The notes under the pieces: generated by a model | Seen by the model: only the letters and a program-made list of their open reading frames with translations | The model's database searches: none | Told to the model about the DNA's origin: nothing | Assembly: GCA_916438405.1 (NCBI GenBank) | Contig: CAKAFB010000001.1 | Coordinates: 294,223-358,222, forward strand | Direction: 5' to 3' | DNA: 64,000 bases | From: Streptococcus cristatus | Lineage (GTDB): Bacteria; Bacillota; Bacilli; Lactobacillales; Streptococcaceae | Part shown: in pieces, positions 60,959 through 64,000 of the stretch | Layout of the letters: every line of letters begins with the position of its first letter | How positions within the stretch are numbered: position 1 is the stretch's first letter | Program-made: the position numbers and the translations under genes

Positions 60959-62173
60959 TTAATGCTTGCTGCGCAGTTTCTTTCTGATAGTGTAGGCCAG
61001 ATTGGAGAGGTGGTAAAGAGGATTGGTTGGCAGGTTGAACTCACCAGCGAATTCCTCAATGGTTGGATTGAACTTGGATTTAAAGCTGTAGAGACCGCCC
61101 TTGAGATCGTTTTCGATTCCACCCATATTTTGCCAATCTGCTCCGCGCTCAAAAGCATGTTTGGCCGTTTCGTACCAAGTGATGATGGCAGGCTGATAAC
61201 GACGGTATTCCTCGTCCATTCCGGCATAGATATTTTCAGAGGTTTTGCCATATTCTAAGACCAGTGTGCCAGAAAGGGGAACGACAGCACCCCCTTGGCT
61301 GATTTTGTCCTGCAGAAAGTCAATCTCTTCTTGGAGGCGTTTCTGTTCTTGCTGGTTATTCTCAATCTTGCCAGGCTTGGTTTTCTCGGTAAATTTCTCT
61401 GCTTCCTTGAGAGTCTTGGTCAGCTGAGCCTGCAAGTCTTCCAATCGTGCCTTTAGATCAATGCTGGACAAGGTGATGTAGGAGTGCTCAGGATAAGTGT
61501 CCAAGAGTTTTTGGTAATAATCTTTGCCGCGTAGGTGGATGTTTTTTCTGTTTTCTGTCTTCTTCATCAGGCCTGAAAAGTCATCCAGTAATTCTGCTCC
61601 GCCAAATTGGATTTGGATGCCTTTGTTACGGGCTGTGCGAATAGCCTGGCGAGTACTCTTAGAAAGCAGATCCTCGCTGAAATCTTCTTTATGGATATTG
61701 GCCTGCAAGCGAGGCTGGATGGTTTCGTCCAGAGACTCAGTCCGTCCGACCCAGACAGCTCCTGCTTCCTGTAACTGTTGAATCAGCTCAACCGTCTCTG
61801 TATTGTCTTGCAATTCAGCACCCATCTTGCTTTCTGCCAGAAAGAGGCTAGGGTCAAACTTGATAAAGAGCGCTTTTTTCTCCTTGGCAAATTTCTTGAG
61901 CGACGCCAAAACAAAGTTCAGCAGCTCCTTGTCACCATAGTCCATTATGGGACCGCGCGGAATATAAAGCATGGTCATCCCCAAGGGCAGTGGTTTAATC
62001 AGGACACTGGCTGCAGCAACCAAGTGGTCGTCTTTATAGAAGCCCAAGCGCTCATTGGCCCAGTTATCCTTGATCTGAGCCCAGGCTGAACTCTGCAGGA
62101 GATTGGCCTGTGGATGGGCTGTGACAAAATCGTCGTGTTCCTGAGCTGAAATTCCAAATTTGTAACTAAACAT
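60959..62173 (-). CDS. murM: FemABX peptidyl transferase MurM
   Basis: NLLQSSAWAQIKDNW, YIPRGP, IKFDP, GGLYSFKSKFNP. Confidence 0.88.
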   Translation of the reverse strand: MFSYKFGISAQEHDDFVTAHPQANLLQSSAWAQIKDNWANERLGFYKDDHLVAAASVLIKPLPLGMTMLYIPRGPIMDYGDKELLNFVLASLKKFAKEKKALFIKFDPSLFLAESKMGAELQDNTETVELIQQLQEAGAVWVGRTESLDETIQPRLQANIHKEDFSEDLLSKSTRQAIRTARNKGIQIQFGGAELLDDFSGLMKKTENRKNIHLRGKDYYQKLLDTYPEHSYITLSSIDLKARLEDLQAQLTKTLKEAEKFTEKTKPGKIENNQQEQKRLQEEIDFLQDKISQGGAVVPLSGTLVLEYGKTSENIYAGMDEEYRRYQPAIITWYETAKHAFERGADWQNMGGIENDLKGGLYSFKSKFNPTIEEFAGEFNLPTNPLYHLSNLAYTIRKKLRSKH

Positions 62174-62982
62174 TATTTTAAAACCCACTCTCTAATGGCG
62201 TGTGCTACGCCGGATTCGTCATTCGATTTGGTGATATATTTGGCGATTTTCTTGAGTTCTTCCTTACCGTTTTCCATGACAACAGGAGAGCCAACAGCTT
62301 CTAGCATGGCACGGTCGTTTTCTTCATCACCGATAGCCATGGTCTGCTCCTTGCTCAAGCCCAGTTTTTCAGCTAGATGGAGGACAGCAGCACCTTTATT
62401 GACAGTCTTTTTGACAATTTCCAGATAAAAAGGAGCTGACTTAACTAGTGTATATTTTTCGGCTAATTCCGGTGGCAGCTTAGCAATGGCCGCATCCAGA
62501 ATGTCCGGTTCATCAATATACATGCACTTGACGATTTCTTTATTGGCCATTTCTTCAGGAGTGCGGTAGAAGATAGGCATGCTGACCAGATTGGACTCAT
62601 AAACAGTGTACTTGCCGATGTTGCGATTGGCTGTATAAATGCCGTCCTTGGTGATGGCATGCATGTGGACACCTAATTTTCGCCCGAGCAGTTCGATATC
62701 CAGATAGTCGTCATAGGTCAGTGTTTCTTTGATTAATTCTTGACCTGTAACAGTATCCTGCACCAGTCCGCCGTTGAAGGTAACGACATAGTTGTCTGGC
62801 TGATTAAGCTCTAGCTCCTCGAGAAGCTTTTGAACTCCTGCAATAGGACGGCCGGTTGCAATGACGATTTTGACACCAGCAGCCTTGGCATCCTGAACAG
62901 CGCTGAAGACTTCAGGAGTGATTTCTTTTTGGTTATTTAAAAGGGTGCCGTCAATGTCGACGGCAACTAATTTGATAGACAT
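62173..62982 (-). CDS. Cof-type HAD sugar phosphatase
   Basis: DIDGTLL, ATGR, KG, GDEENDRAML. Confidence 0.9.
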   Translation of the reverse strand: MSIKLVAVDIDGTLLNNQKEITPEVFSAVQDAKAAGVKIVIATGRPIAGVQKLLEELELNQPDNYVVTFNGGLVQDTVTGQELIKETLTYDDYLDIELLGRKLGVHMHAITKDGIYTANRNIGKYTVYESNLVSMPIFYRTPEEMANKEIVKCMYIDEPDILDAAIAKLPPELAEKYTLVKSAPFYLEIVKKTVNKGAAVLHLAEKLGLSKEQTMAIGDEENDRAMLEAVGSPVVMENGKEELKKIAKYITKSNDESGVAHAIREWVLK

Positions 62983-62983
62983 A

Positions 62984-64000
62984 TTATTCTCCGTAGGTAA
63001 ATTGGTCGTTTTTGATATAGTGCATAAAGGTCTGGTTTTTTTCGCTGAAAAGTCCGGTCTCTGCCAGCATTTCCTTGGGGAAGTAGAAGCGATTATCGCC
63101 CTGTCTGGTCCCGGCTAGCGAATGAACGATAGGAGACAGGCTGGACAGTTCTGCTAGGCTGCCATCTTTTTGCAGAATTTCAATCTGGGTCCGGGGTTTT
63201 TCAACGTCAGGCCGGTAGAAATCATAAGGTAAATCAAAATTACGATGGATAGCAGTATAGTAATCAGGGTCGAAACCAACCTGTCCAACTAGGTCTCGCA
63301 TGATATCCAAATGCGCTTCGTTTTCCTGAGAGAAGACGATAGACTTAAAGACCTTGCGGTTGATAAAACGCTGAGCCAGGTCAGATAAAATCTTGTCTGG
63401 ACTAGTCATCCAAACTTGGAAATAGGTATTCATAACACCATCATCCAAGGCCAGATAATCCTGCAGTGTCACTCTGTTTTCAAAGAATGGAATGAGATTG
63501 GGCGATGACAGCGCAAAGTAATCCTTCTGAGCCGGATAGAGAAACTTGGCCCGCTTGAGCAGATTTTGCAGTAAGACCTCCATAGCTCGGCTGGCCGGGT
63601 GGAAATAAACCTGCATGTACATCTGGTAGCGGCTGACTACGTAGTCTTCTACCGCATGCATGCCATTGCGCTTGAAAGCAATGCCGTTTTCTACTGGACA
63701 AATCACTCGTAAAATTCTGGTTAAGTCAAATTGCCCATAGGAAGCGCCAGTAAAGAAGGAATCTCGCAAGAGATAATCCATCCGATCCACATCAATCTGG
63801 CTGGAAATCAGCTGGACCACTTGCTTATTGAGATAAGTATGGTTGATGACGCTAGCTACCTTTTCTGGGAAATCCGGCGAAACCTGCACCAGGACCTGAT
63901 GAATCTCTGTTTCAGGACTGGTGATGATTTGCCGCGTAATGTCCTCGTGATTAGTGTCAAAAAGACGCTCGAAAGTGTGTGAATAAGCTCCGTGTCCCAA
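62984..64000 (-). CDS. HD-domain phosphohydrolase (dNTPase-like), 5' end outside the window
   Basis: GHGAYSHTFE, QIDVDRMDYLLRDS, MYMQVYFH. Confidence 0.85.
   Translation of the reverse strand: MGHGAYSHTFERLFDTNHEDITRQIITSPETEIHQVLVQVSPDFPEKVASVINHTYLNKQVVQLISSQIDVDRMDYLLRDSFFTGASYGQFDLTRILRVICPVENGIAFKRNGMHAVEDYVVSRYQMYMQVYFHPASRAMEVLLQNLLKRAKFLYPAQKDYFALSSPNLIPFFENRVTLQDYLALDDGVMNTYFQVWMTSPDKILSDLAQRFINRKVFKSIVFSQENEAHLDIMRDLVGQVGFDPDYYTAIHRNFDLPYDFYRPDVEKPRTQIEILQKDGSLAELSSLSPIVHSLAGTRQGDNRFYFPKEMLAETGLFSEKNQTFMHYIKNDQFTYGE

Overview
64 kb of an oral Streptococcus chromosome (sanguinis/mitis-group-like, inferred from gene content and order). Housekeeping content: mnmE, the rpiA-deoB-punA-deoD salvage operon, cpsY, PyrR-attenuated pyrK-pyrD and pyrF-pyrE, ung-mutX-pyrC, an LPxTG 5'-nucleotidase, plsY, parE/parC, ilvE, tRNA-Tyr and tRNA-Gln, rpsA, lacTFEG, an ABC-F ATPase, rgg plus MFS, tpiA, a GH25/Bsp-repeat/CHAP hydrolase and murMN. 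Many genes, including essential ones, carry single-base frameshifts at homopolymers. I treat these as long-read assembly errors, which limits every frameshift-based claim. The standout is an atypical type III-A CRISPR-Cas locus (about 9.0-19.9 kb). It has no cas1, and cas2 has an early stop plus a 175-bp repeat insertion. Its 14 repeats are all different from one another, yet they keep the Cas6 hairpin and mostly the 8-nt handle, and at least two spacers are antisense to recognisable phage protein motifs. Cas10 has lost the HD metal ligands but keeps GGDD. Csm3 has Asn at the catalytic Asp33 position. csm6 has an A13 tract near its 5' end, and a second, CARF-less Csm6-like HEPN gene sits upstream inside the purine-salvage operon. 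Read together this looks like a nuclease-dead, signalling-only RNA sensor (inference). Other unexplained structure: a structured SD-less leader before deoD, a 41-bp-periodic palindrome array before rgg, and three DnaA boxes before tpiA.
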